DNA of 64,000 nucleotides from Minisyncoccota bacterium (GTDB lineage: Bacteria; Patescibacteriota; Minisyncoccia; Phycocordibacterales; JACRKE01), in the NCBI GenBank assembly GCA_041660505.1, contig JBAZWG010000001.1, forward strand, positions 541,776 through 605,775. The letters are read 5' to 3'. Both the position numbers and the translations under genes were made by a program. Below the pieces are notes generated by a model. The model saw nothing but the letters and a program-made list of their open reading frames with translations. It had not been told where the DNA came from and made no database searches. Position 1 is the first letter of the stretch, and the number at the start of each line of letters is the position of its first letter. Of the stretch, positions 45,313-55,048 are shown piece after piece.

Positions 45313-45909
45313 ATGATAGAACTTTTGGGGACGCTATTGGGAGGCATAGACAAAGTCAAACTGATGCGGCTTTTCTTGGCTAATCCTGATTATATATTTA
45401 CAGAAGGAGAAGTGGTGGCGCGTAGCCAGATCAAGATCAAGAACGCCAAGCGCGAGCTTAAGAATTTGCTCAAGATCGGCTTTATTAAAGATCGCAAGTT
45501 CTGGACAGGGGAGAAGGCAAACCGCAAGCGCGCGAATGGTCTCCAGCTCAACCCCGACTTCCAACTGTTACAGTCAGTCAAACACTTGTTATTCAATACC
45601 GAACCGTTCACGAAGAAACAGATAGTCGAACGATTCAAAGGCACTGGTCAACTCAAGCTTATTATCGTGTCAGGCGTCTTTATGAAGCTCGAAGAACGCC
45701 GAGCAGATTTACTTATTGTAGGCGATGCTCTGCGCAAAAAGGTAATCGAGAATGTTATCAGAACAATGGAGGCGGAGATAGGCCACGAGCTCACATATTC
45801 TATTTTTGAGACAGAAGAATATAAATATAGATTGGGAATGTACGATAAGCTCATCCGCGATATCCTCGACTATCCACATGATGTCGTGGTTGACAAGCTT
45901 GTAGTGTAG
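45313..45909 (+). CDS. Hypothetical protein with N-terminal wHTH-like region
   Basis: 198 aa. The N-terminus GGIDKVKLMRLFLANPDYIFTEGEVVARSQIK resembles winged-helix DNA-binding domains. Confidence 0.45.
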   Translation: MIELLGTLLGGIDKVKLMRLFLANPDYIFTEGEVVARSQIKIKNAKRELKNLLKIGFIKDRKFWTGEKANRKRANGLQLNPDFQLLQSVKHLLFNTEPFTKKQIVERFKGTGQLKLIIVSGVFMKLEERRADLLIVGDALRKKVIENVIRTMEAEIGHELTYSIFETEEYKYRLGMYDKLIRDILDYPHDVVVDKLVV

Positions 45910-45945
45910 TATACTAGTGTCACTAGTAATTAACTATAATTATAT

Positions 45946-46623
45946 ATGTGGCAAGAATGGAGTGACACTTTGTATATGACGTTTACCGACATCGGTAACG
46001 GCGTCATACGTTTCGTTCCACGCGTGTTCGTTTCGATAATCGTGTTCATCGCCGGTTGGATAATCGGCAGCGTTTTGGGTAATTTGATTGAGCGCTTCTT
46101 TAAGTCAATCGATTTCGATAAGTTCTTGGAAGGGCTCGGTCTTAAGGATTTACTTGCCCATGCCGACATGAAGCTGAATAGCGGACGCTTCCTCGGTGAA
46201 TGTGTGAAGTGGTTTGTTATCATCGTCTTCCTCGTTGCCGGCCTGAATATTTTGAGCCTTACACAGGTCAATGATTTCCTGGGTCAGGTGCTTGTTTATC
46301 TCCCTAATCTCATTGCCGCGGCGCTCATGTTGCTCTTCGGCGCAGTCATTGCGAACTTCCTCAAGAAGACCGTTGTGGCTTCAGCAAGGACGATGGGCCT
46401 CCCCTCATCCCACCTTGTCGGTGGCCTCACCAAATGGGCGGTATGGATCTTTACGATACTTGTGGCACTCTACCAGATCGGCGTCGCGTCAGCTTTGATC
46501 CACACCCTCTTCACGGGCATCATTGCAGCCTTCTCGCTCGCTATCGGCCTTGCCTTCGGTTTGGGAGGCAAAGACACAGCCGCGGACTATCTTAAAAAGC
46601 TCCGCCACGAGATCAACGAATAA
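45946..46623 (+). CDS. Membrane protein with conserved-TM-helix repeats (MscS-associated TM_helix-like)
   Basis: 225 aa, 4-5 TM helices, repeated ..LGxxLxxLxxxxxxxL.. helix pattern. Confidence 0.5.
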   Translation: MWQEWSDTLYMTFTDIGNGVIRFVPRVFVSIIVFIAGWIIGSVLGNLIERFFKSIDFDKFLEGLGLKDLLAHADMKLNSGRFLGECVKWFVIIVFLVAGLNILSLTQVNDFLGQVLVYLPNLIAAALMLLFGAVIANFLKKTVVASARTMGLPSSHLVGGLTKWAVWIFTILVALYQIGVASALIHTLFTGIIAAFSLAIGLAFGLGGKDTAADYLKKLRHEINE

Positions 46624-46640
46624 TAGAAACTATCTTCCAA

Positions 46641-46670
46641 AAAAGCCCTTAGAAATAAGGGCTTTTTTGT
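46641..46670 (+). terminator. Rho-independent terminator
   Basis: aaaaagccctt-agaaat-aagggctttttt. Confidence 0.75.
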
Positions 46671-46684
46671 TGGGTATAAAATCC

Positions 46685-46713
46685 TTGACTTCGATAGCAC
46701 TTTCCTGTAAGAT
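46685..46713 (+). promoter_or_regulatory. Promoter candidate for the 23S-5S rRNA transcription unit (TTGACT-17nt-TAAGAT)
   Basis: TTGACT at 46685..46690, a 17-nt spacer, then TAAGAT at 46708..46713. Lies ~300 nt upstream of the 23S 5' end and downstream of a terminator. Confidence 0.4.
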
Positions 46714-47555
46714 GTACTCCATCCAGATATGCAAAAAATCCTCAACAAAAAACGCAGCGGTTAAGGAGATTCGCATCTGTGCGTACTCTTAAATCGCCAC
46801 AAGCGATTTTTTTTGTCCCAGAGGGACAATCCGCCGGTGAGGCGGGTGAGAGATTCATCAGAACGACCCGTAACTTGAAAATTTAATTCCATCGCATCAC
46901 TGGTGTTAACCAATTTTATTGGGGTCTACCATGATGAAGATGGGCAGGAAAAAGAAAGAAAAAAACAATTAAGCAAAGACGGTTTTCATATTTCCTAATA
47001 GGAAATATAAGAGCATATGGTGGATGCCTAGACTTTGAAAGGCGATGAAGGACGTAGCATGGCTGCGATAAGCTTCGGGGAGGTGCCTAGCAACCTTTGA
47101 TCCGGAGATGTCCGAATGGGGAAACCTTCATGACGATGAGTCATGAGACTCGTACTAATTCTACGAGATCGCACACCCTGGGAAGTGAAACATCTCAGTA
47201 CCAGGAGGAAAATAAACAAAATGTATTCGAATGTGGGATGTGGTGCGGTATAGTCCGCAGTACATCCTACATTCGTTGTATTCCCTAAGTAGCGGCGAGC
47301 GAAAAGGGAGAAGCCCAAACCGAATTTTTTCGCAAGAAAAACTTCGGTGTTATAAGGCAGTGATATAGAATTTATTCTAGTAGAGTTACAAAACAGCATA
47401 ATAATCGAATCGACTGGAAAGTCGAGCCACAGAAGGTAATGGCCCTGTAGATGAAATTATGTTGTCTCTAATTACTGTTCTTGAGTACCCCGGGACATGA
47501 TAAGCTTGGGGGAAGTCAGCGGCACTAACCGCTAAGGCTAAATACTTTCAAAGAT

Positions 47556-47594
<39 letters not shown>

Positions 47595-48309
47595 GCCCGG
47601 TGAGGGCGTTGAAATAAACCTGAAACCATATGTTTACAAGGAGTCGGAGCGGATGGCGCAAGCCATGCCGCGACGGCGTGCCTATTGAAGAATGAGCCAA
47701 CGAGTTTATATGTACTGCTAGGCTAATCGCGTTAACCCGCGAGGAGTCATAGGGAAACCAAGTGTTAATAGCGCGTCACCCTGTTTACAGGGGTGTAGTA
47801 CATGTAAGACCCGAAGCCAGAGCGAGCTTACCATGAGCAGGGTGAACCATCGAGAAATCGATGGGGAGGCCCGAACCCGTATGTCGTACAATGCATTGGG
47901 ATGACTTGTGGTAAGAAGTGAAAAGCTAATCGAGCCTGGTAATAGCTGGTTCTCTCCGAAATAGCTTTTGGGTTAGCGTCACGTGTTCCATGTGGGGGTA
48001 GAGCACTGGAAGGTCTCGACAGGTCGAAAGATCGCGAGACCTATCAAACTCCGAATACCACATGCTAAAAGCGTGGCAGTTAGACTGCGGGGGCTAAGCT
48101 CCGTTGGTCAAAAGGGGAACAGCCCAGATCTCAATCTAAGGTCCCTAAATCTACGTTAAGTGCATCACAAGGAGGTGAAGTTTCGTTGACAATGAGGAGG
48201 TTGGCTTAGAAGCAGCCACCCTTGAAAGAAAGCGTAATAGCTCACTCATCGAGAGACTTCGCGCCGAAGATAATCGGGGCTCAAACGTAGTACCGAAGGT
48301 GAGGACTTG

Positions 48310-48388
48310 AGGACTTCATTTTTGCAAATTCAGAAGGTTCAACCTTTTGAATGCCTAAGGTTGAACCTTGGGGCAAAAATGAAGTCCT
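48310..48388. repeat. REPIN-like palindromic doublet, family A copy A4, at the tip of an extended 23S helix (H45 region)
   Basis: aggacttcatttttgc ... gaaggttcaacctt / ttgaatgcct / aaggttgaacctt ... gcaaaaatgaagtcct. The repeat doublet is enclosed by a further 16-bp inverted repeat. Confidence 0.65.
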
Positions 48389-49190
48389 TGAGTGGTAGGA
48401 GAGTTTTCGTGTCCGCAGTGAAGCCTAAGGGGTGACCCGTGGTGGAGCGACACGAAGTACGAATGTTGGCACAAGTAACCGCAATAGCGTTTAGAACACG
48501 CTACGCCGAAAGACTAAGGTTTCCTTCGCGATGTCAATCAGCGAAGGGTTAGTCGGTCCTAAGGGAATGACGAATGTCGGACCCGATGGAATACAGGTTA
48601 ATATTCCTGTACTTTTTTGTAGTCTGATGAAATGACGAAGTGTAGTATGCATGGCGCATTATGGATTTGTGTTTGCGCATCCGCCTTGATTCCCAGGAAA
48701 ATCCGGGAGTCTGTCTTTAATGACGACGGTGAAGGTGTGTGAAGATTCCGCGATTCGTCAAAGGAGATCATGCAAAGCGCGCTTCCAAGAAAAGTTTCTA
48801 AAGATAACTACAGAAAAACCGTACCGTAAACCGACACAGGTAGTCAGGTCGAGCAGACCAAGGCGAACGAGTGAGTGCATCCCAAGGAACTCGGCAAAAA
48901 AGCGGCCGTAACTTCGGAATAAGGCCTGCCCACGCAAGTGGGCTACAACAAAAGTTTCTCTGGCGACTGTTTATCAAAAACACAGCTCCCTGCGAACTCG
49001 TAAGAGGATGTATAGGGGGTGACGCCTGACCAATGCCAGAAGGTCAACCGGTGACCGTGTGCGCATCACACTGCGTGTGATGCAGTTTAAATATTTAAAT
49101 ATTTAAATTTGCATCGCGCTTGGCGCGATGCGTATGCTGTTCGTCGTAAGCCCTGGTGAATGTCGGCAATAACTATAATTGTCCTAAGGT

Positions 49191-49510
49191 TTTCGGATGG
49201 TCGCAAGACAATTCGAAAAGAATTGGGACAATTAGAGTACTGTGTAGATAAATTAGTCATAATAAGTCATTAATGCAAGTCAAAGACGATAGCGCTACCT
49301 TATCTAGCTATATGCTGTAGAGTCTGTACATTCATTTATACAGATGAGCAGCAGGGAAGTCGCCTCTACGGCGACCCCTCAGAGACTGAACGCTGGACAT
49401 GAAATTCTCCTCACGGAGAAGATTATGAAGATATAGTCCGTACTCGTAAGCGATTACGAGAGTTTTGTAGAAATACAAAACCCATGTCGCAAGGCATTGG
49501 TAACATATAG
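49191..49510 (+). mobile_element. Group I intron in 23S rRNA (E. coli ~1917-1931 region), no homing-endonuclease ORF
   Basis: Inserted between exon gtcctaaggT and agcgcaattccttgtcggg. The 5' exon ends in U and the intron ends in G. Contains the P7-region elements cagagactgaacgctgg (R-like) and aagatatagtcc (S element, identical to the Tetrahymena consensus). Confidence 0.6.
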
Positions 49511-50113
49511 AGCGCAATTCCTTGTCGGGTAAGTTCCGACGTGCACGAATGGCGTAACGACTGGAGAACTGTCTCGGGATGTTGCTCGGTGAAAATACAG
49601 TGCCGGTGAAGATGCCGGCTACCTGCAGATAGACGAAAAGACCCCAGGAGCTTTACTGTAGCTTGATATTGATTATACGTTTTGTCTGCGTAGCATAGAT
49701 GGGAGGATTTGAGAGTATGATTTCGGTTGTGCTTGATCCGTCAGTGAAATACCATTCTTATGAAGTGTATAATCTAACCTGCAAGGATAAACCTTGCGGA
49801 GACAGTATCTGGTAGGCAGTTTTAGTGGGGCGCTATCCTCCTAAAGAGTAACGGAGGAGTTTATTAAGGTTGGCTAGCCGCGAATGGAAACCGTGGCGAT
49901 AGTGTAATGGCACAAGCCAGCTTAACTGCAAGACGTACATGTCGAGCAGATGCGAAAGCAGAACATAGTGAACCGACCATGCGCATTAGAGGCGGTGGAA
50001 GATTATCGGACAAAAGCTACCCTGGGGATAACAGGCTGGTACTGCCCAAGCGTCCATAGCGACGGCAGTGTTCGGCACCTCGATGTCGGCTCATCTTATC
50101 CTGGGGCTGGAGA

Positions 50114-50146
<33 letters not shown>

Positions 50147-50173
50147 AAGATACGCGAGCTGGGTTCAGACCGT

Positions 50174-50503
50174 ATAGCACCTAAATTTAAATATTTAAAT
50201 TTTGAAATATTTAAACAGTGGGTTTTATACCGTCTGAACCCTCGAGAATATGATATACAACAAACCACATCATACTGTTTACTTGAATCACGGCGGTCGT
50301 AGATAGAGATATCTATGATAGAGCTGACTTATATCGGTGGAGTCCCATGCGGATCACACCTAGGGAATTTCTAATATTTAAATATTTAAACATTTAAATT
50401 TTGGACGACCCGTAGAGACTAAACGTCAGCCATCTTCATTCATAATTTATTGTGAGAAAGATGAAGCTATAGTCCATGCCCGTAGCAATACGGTGAATAC
50501 ATG
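50174..50503 (+). mobile_element. Group I intron in 23S rRNA (E. coli ~2593-2600 region), no homing-endonuclease ORF
   Basis: Inserted between exon gggttcagaccgT and cgtgagacagg. Ends in G. Contains agactaaacgtc (R element) and aagctatagtcc (S element). Confidence 0.6.
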
Positions 50504-50865
50504 CGTGAGACAGGTTGGTCTCCTATCTACTGCAGGCGTTGAACATTGAGAAGATTTACTCCTAGTACGAGAGGACCGGAGTGAACTGACCGCTGGTCTA
50601 CCTGTTGTCCTGCCAAGGGCACCGCAGGGTAGCTAAGTCGGGAAAGGATAATCTCTGAAAGCATCTAAGAGAGAAGCCAACTTCAAGATTAATGTTCGTT
50701 ATGAGACTCGTGAGAGATGATCACGTTGATAGGTGTTCGGTGTAAGCATCGCAAGATGTTGAGCCAAGACATACTAATAAGTCCATTCCTATTAGGAAAT
50801 ATGGAAGTCGTCGAAACTTAAATTATTTTTTCTTTTAAAACCTGCAAATATAAAGTTGAATGTTT

Positions 50866-50978
50866 AGTTTTGGTGGTTTGTCGGAGGGGTCACACCTGTT
50901 CTCATTCCGAACACAGAAGTTAAGCCCTCTTGAAGCGATGGTACTCCTAACGGGGGAGAGTAGCTAGCCGCCAGAACT
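50866..50978 (+). rRNA. rrf: 5S ribosomal RNA
   Basis: ggtggtttgtcggaggggtcacacctgttctcattccgaacacagaagttaagccc...gggggagagtagctagccgccagaac matches the 5S consensus helices and loops. Confidence 0.85.
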
Positions 50979-51019
50979 AATTATTTAACTTAAAATTTTC
51001 CTGACTTTATGTCGGGCTT

Positions 51020-51841
51020 TTGTGTTTTTATGATTTAGAGTTATACTACCTGCATATGTCTTGGTCGCTTAAACGACAACTAATCGTATTATTAATACTC
51101 TTTGTGTTCCTGGGAATGTTCGCCGGTTTGGCTTTGTTGCTTAACAAGCCAGCATTGTCGTGTTTCGACAACAAGCAGAATCAGGGCGAGGAGGGAGTAG
51201 ACTGCGGCGGGCCGTGCAATAACTTTTGCCCTAATGCTGTAAACGATCCGATTGTCCGCTGGAGCCGCGTATTGCCGGTAAGAGCCCAGCAATTCGACGC
51301 AGTCGCGTATATAGAGAATCCTAACCCGACAGCGGGATTGTCTAAAGTAGACTACACCTTCCGGCTTTATGATGCCAAGAATAGCCCGATTGTCGAGCGT
51401 AAAGGGAGTACCTTTATAAACCCGGGTGAGAAATTTGCGCTCTACGAGCCAAACGTCGATGTTGGCAATGCTGTGCCCGTAAGAGCATTCCTTGAACTCA
51501 AGAAACCGAGCGAAGGTTACCCGTGGCGCAAGATTAGGGTCGCCTCGGATGCTCGTCCTAATCTTACTATCCGTTCGAAACAGTTCGACGATTCTACCGG
51601 CAATAGTGTTACTGCGTCTATGGCGAACGAGTCGCTTGCCGATGGCCATGCTATCAGGATAGTGGCAGTATTATACGACTCGAATGGTAATGTTACTGGC
51701 GCAAGTTCCACATTCGTCGATGTTATCAAGGGCGGGGCAGAGGTGCCAATCGTTTTCACTTGGCCGAATCGATTCACAGAGAATCCGGCTAACTTAGAGC
51801 TATACTTACATTACAATCAGGGGATTGTCTCGGGGAATTAA
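51020..51841 (+). CDS. Hypothetical membrane-anchored protein (likely start at Met 51056)
   Basis: 273 aa. TM LIVLLILFVFLGMFAGLALLL, a Cys-rich stretch CFDNKQNQGEEGVDCGGPCNNFC, then a beta-rich domain. Directly upstream of ftsW. Confidence 0.5.
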   Translation: MCFYDLELYYLHMSWSLKRQLIVLLILFVFLGMFAGLALLLNKPALSCFDNKQNQGEEGVDCGGPCNNFCPNAVNDPIVRWSRVLPVRAQQFDAVAYIENPNPTAGLSKVDYTFRLYDAKNSPIVERKGSTFINPGEKFALYEPNVDVGNAVPVRAFLELKKPSEGYPWRKIRVASDARPNLTIRSKQFDDSTGNSVTASMANESLADGHAIRIVAVLYDSNGNVTGASSTFVDVIKGGAEVPIVFTWPNRFTENPANLELYLHYNQGIVSGN

Positions 51842-51843
51842 AC

Positions 51844-52965
51844 ATGCAAATAAAGGCTTTTTTGCGCGGAATTGACTGGGTATTATTCTTTGCAACATTG
51901 CCAATCGTCGGTGCGGGTATCCTGACAATGAACGCATTCACCGGCCAGAATTACTTTGCTATCCGGCAGATTATTTGGCTTCTCGCCTCCATTTTTGTTT
52001 TTTTTATTGCAACTAGGATAGACTGGCGTTTCGCCAAGCGGCCGCGAATACTTGTTGCTAGTTATCTTTTTCTAAATCTATTATTGTTGGGGCTCTTCGC
52101 CGCAGCAAAAATCAAAGGAGCCTCAAGTTGGTTTCATTTCGGTATTTTTGCCATAGAGCCGAGTGAATTCGTAAAGATCCTCCTTATCATAATTCTGGCG
52201 AAATACTTTCACCGCCGTCACATAGAAATAGCGAACTTTAAGCACATATTCATCTCCGGGCTCTATGCGGCTGTGCCACTCGTTCTCGTGCTCCTTCAGC
52301 CGGATTTCGGTTCCGCTATCATTATTCTGATAATCTGGTTCGGTATGACCATGGTCTCTGGTATATCGAAGAAGCATTTTTTTACTCTTATCGGCTCCGG
52401 AATCCTCGCTTTTTTACTTCTCTGGCTTTTCATTTTTAAACCATATCAGAAGAACAGAATTCTAAACTTCATCGACCCCCTTCGCGACGTGCGCGGATCC
52501 GGGTACAATGCATTCCAATCTCAAATTGCTGTTGGCTCGGGGCAAATACTGGGTAAAGGCGTTGGTTTCGGCACACAGTCCCGACTTAAATTCTTACCAG
52601 AATATCAGACAGATTTCATTTTTGCGGCTTTCGCAGAAGAATGGGGATTCATGGGCGTATCACTTCTTCTTATCTGCTACGGGATTATCGCCTGGCGTAT
52701 TATTGCGAACGCTTTCGTTAGCGGAACCAATTTTGAGACGTTGTTCTGCGCCGGTTATGGTATTTTTATTATGGCTCATTTCGCAATAAATGCAGGAATG
52801 AACGTCGGCCTCTTGCCTGTCACCGGTATCACCTTGCCCTTTATGAGCTACGGCGGTACTCACCTGATAGTGGAGTATTTAGGTCTTGGTATGATAATGA
52901 GCATGCGTCGGTACGCCCGCGCCACTCACCGGGATAACATGAAGAATGAATTTTTGGGGATTTAA
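51844..52965 (+). CDS. ftsW: SEDS-family peptidoglycan glycosyltransferase FtsW/RodA
   Basis: 373 aa, 10 TM helices, conserved loop GSGYNAFQSQIAVGSGQILGKGVGFGTQS. Confidence 0.85.
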   Translation: MQIKAFLRGIDWVLFFATLPIVGAGILTMNAFTGQNYFAIRQIIWLLASIFVFFIATRIDWRFAKRPRILVASYLFLNLLLLGLFAAAKIKGASSWFHFGIFAIEPSEFVKILLIIILAKYFHRRHIEIANFKHIFISGLYAAVPLVLVLLQPDFGSAIIILIIWFGMTMVSGISKKHFFTLIGSGILAFLLLWLFIFKPYQKNRILNFIDPLRDVRGSGYNAFQSQIAVGSGQILGKGVGFGTQSRLKFLPEYQTDFIFAAFAEEWGFMGVSLLLICYGIIAWRIIANAFVSGTNFETLFCAGYGIFIMAHFAINAGMNVGLLPVTGITLPFMSYGGTHLIVEYLGLGMIMSMRRYARATHRDNMKNEFLGI

Positions 52966-52974
52966 CCCGCATTT

Positions 52975-53013
52975 GAGGTTCGACCTTTCAGATGTCCTAT
53001 AAGGTCGAACCTC
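52975..53013. repeat. REPIN-like palindromic doublet, family A copy A5
   Basis: gaggttcgacctt / tcagatgtcctat / aaggtcgaacctc. Lies immediately after the ftsW stop. Confidence 0.7.
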
Positions 53014-53058
53014 TGGCATGTGTTGCTATAAATTTTCAGTAGGTATAGAATTAAAGTA

Positions 53059-53256
53059 ATGGAACGGCCCATAGTAAAAAGTCTATATAAAACAGAGGCT
53101 CTGTACGACATATCAAAGGATCTAGGCCAGGTCTTTTTCGCCTCAGCATTTCTTGGACCATTACTATCAAGCGAGGAAGGCGGGCTTACGGCGATTATGG
53201 GTCTTGTGTTTGCCATTTTGTCTTGGATATGTGCGGTGGTATTAGCAAAAAATTAG
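53059..53256 (+). CDS. Hypothetical small membrane protein
   Basis: 65 aa with a C-terminal hydrophobic helix. Confidence 0.3.
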   Translation: MERPIVKSLYKTEALYDISKDLGQVFFASAFLGPLLSSEEGGLTAIMGLVFAILSWICAVVLAKN

Positions 53257-53409
53257 TATATGAACAACTAAATACAAATTATGACAGAATTCTACATCTT
53301 AGGAGGCATTGTGCTCATCGTTATTATTCTGTTGGGCATCCTCGCGAAGAAGAGTAATTAAATTTGCAATTTTCGTGGGGAGGGGTAGAATTAATTCATT
53401 GTAAAATAA

Positions 53410-54024
53410 TTGCCTCTCTGGGCGCAAATTACTATGAAAAAGTATATCGCAGGTCTATTACTCACGGCTCTCGTTTTTGTGTCAGGAGCCATGCTCGCGC
53501 ATGCAGCAACGTTGCTTGAGATGAAAACAAGCGTCGCTTCGATATTGGAGCAAGTTAACCTACTTCCCAGTACTACAATTGCACAACTGCAACTCAAGGT
53601 AAATTTGCTTCAAGGTGCCTTAAGTTTGCAAAAACAAATCAATGCTTTGATTACAAAAACCGCCAATTCTACTACGCCTTTCGTTCAGTTCATTTTGCCA
53701 TCAAGCGGTCTATCGGGAACACATGTTACTTTCATAGGCACAGGTTTTAGTCTAAACGATCAGATACAAATACAGTCTCCTTCTTCTGGCCGCTGGATGG
53801 ATTATGTAAGACCCGCTATCGAGTCTGGTATTACTATTCCGCTTGCTGACTATCCATATTTTCAGGTGTGTGATAGAACCGTTCCAACGTGCAACAGAAT
53901 AATAGGTCCTGCGACACCCGGAAAGACTTTCCTTTTCCGCATTAAACGATCTTCGGACGGCGCAGTCAGTAATTCCGTTCTATTTGAAGTTACTTCAGCT
54001 ATCAAAAACAGTACTTCGTATTAA
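53410..54024 (+). CDS. Hypothetical secreted protein with IPT/TIG-like segment
   Basis: 204 aa. Signal peptide from Met 53434 (MKKYIAGLLLTALVFVSGAMLAHA). Contains ILPSSGLSGTHVTFIGTGFS. Confidence 0.5.
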   Translation: MPLWAQITMKKYIAGLLLTALVFVSGAMLAHAATLLEMKTSVASILEQVNLLPSTTIAQLQLKVNLLQGALSLQKQINALITKTANSTTPFVQFILPSSGLSGTHVTFIGTGFSLNDQIQIQSPSSGRWMDYVRPAIESGITIPLADYPYFQVCDRTVPTCNRIIGPATPGKTFLFRIKRSSDGAVSNSVLFEVTSAIKNSTSY

Positions 54025-54043
54025 GATTTGGAAATATTGCGAA

Positions 54044-55045
54044 TCAATTTTCGTACACCGAGCGGGTTTTGGCTACCATTTTTTCTAGTGTAAATTCCTG
54101 CAGGTTGGGCGCGTCTAAGATTTCTGCGACTGCACCAACTCTGTTTGCTATAATCGGGAGGCCGGCCATTTTTGCTTCTAATAATACATACGGCAGACCC
54201 TCTTTTAATGAGGGAAGGGTAAATGTGTCGAAACCGGGCAATGCCTCGCTTGCCGGTACGAAGCCGAATAACTTCACGCGATCTTGCAGCATATATTCTG
54301 CAATCTTTTGTTCAAGATTATTGCGTTCTTCGCCTTCGCCGACTATCGCCACATACATATCTGGATTATTTCCGGCTTCTTTGACAAGAGAAATCTGATT
54401 TTTGTTTTTTGTCAGCTCGCCAATCGTGCCAGTAATTTTTACCCCCGCAGGGAAGGCTTTGCGTATTATTGCGCCCGTGCCGAATTTAATTGGTCCGATG
54501 CCGTTATAGACAAGTGAGACTTTATTTTTTGTAAATGGCCAGCGCCAGCAACTTCTCTCGTCTGCTTTGCCCACAACAATCGTATTGGTCGAGAAAAATA
54601 CCGTCAGCCAACTGAAGAATTTAATAATGTGTTGCTGTGGCCACGGACGCGCTTCATTAAACGGCCAGCCGTGCGCGGTAAAAACTATTTTTGGCACTCC
54701 GGCAACTCGCGCGGCGAATGCTCCTAATCCGCCAATCTTTGAGCTATTAACATGCACGATATCCGGACGTTCTTGCCAGAATAATTTTATAAGTTGCCAT
54801 AATACCGTAGCTTCTTCGGTAAAATGAATATCTCGTCCAAGCCGTTCGATTTTGTGTACCGTAACCCCTGCCTCACTTAACTTCTTAGACAGCTCGCCAT
54901 CACCGCCGAGCGCCACGCTTACCTCATATTCGTTTCGTAAATTGCTGGTAGCCAGGTCATAAACGTACCTCTGGGCACCGCCCCAATTGGATTTGGTTAT
55001 TAGGAATAGGAGTTTCTTTTTTCTGCTCATTGGAGTAGTATACAC
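54044..55045 (-). CDS. Glycosyltransferase family 4 (GT1-fold)
   Basis: 333 aa. C-terminal motif EGLPYVLLEAKMAGLPIIANRVGAVAEIL. Confidence 0.8.
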   Translation of the reverse strand: MYTTPMSRKKKLLFLITKSNWGGAQRYVYDLATSNLRNEYEVSVALGGDGELSKKLSEAGVTVHKIERLGRDIHFTEEATVLWQLIKLFWQERPDIVHVNSSKIGGLGAFAARVAGVPKIVFTAHGWPFNEARPWPQQHIIKFFSWLTVFFSTNTIVVGKADERSCWRWPFTKNKVSLVYNGIGPIKFGTGAIIRKAFPAGVKITGTIGELTKNKNQISLVKEAGNNPDMYVAIVGEGEERNNLEQKIAEYMLQDRVKLFGFVPASEALPGFDTFTLPSLKEGLPYVLLEAKMAGLPIIANRVGAVAEILDAPNLQEFTLEKMVAKTRSVYEN

Positions 55046-55048
55046 TAT

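Noticed and set aside
44844-45359. Alternative ORFs (44844..45236 +, 44871..45359 -) in the high-GC patch
   Set aside because: Only the 44926..45210 frame has an SD at the correct spacing and is bracketed by promoter-like and terminator signals. The others are GC-rich off-frames.
46770-46860. Possible small RNA or tRNA between the rRNA promoter and the 23S 5' end
   Set aside because: Only short hairpins are present (aaatcgc-cacaa-gcgattt plus a T-run, and ccgcc-ggtga-ggcgg). They fit leader processing or antitermination structures better than an independent gene, and there is no tRNA-like fold.
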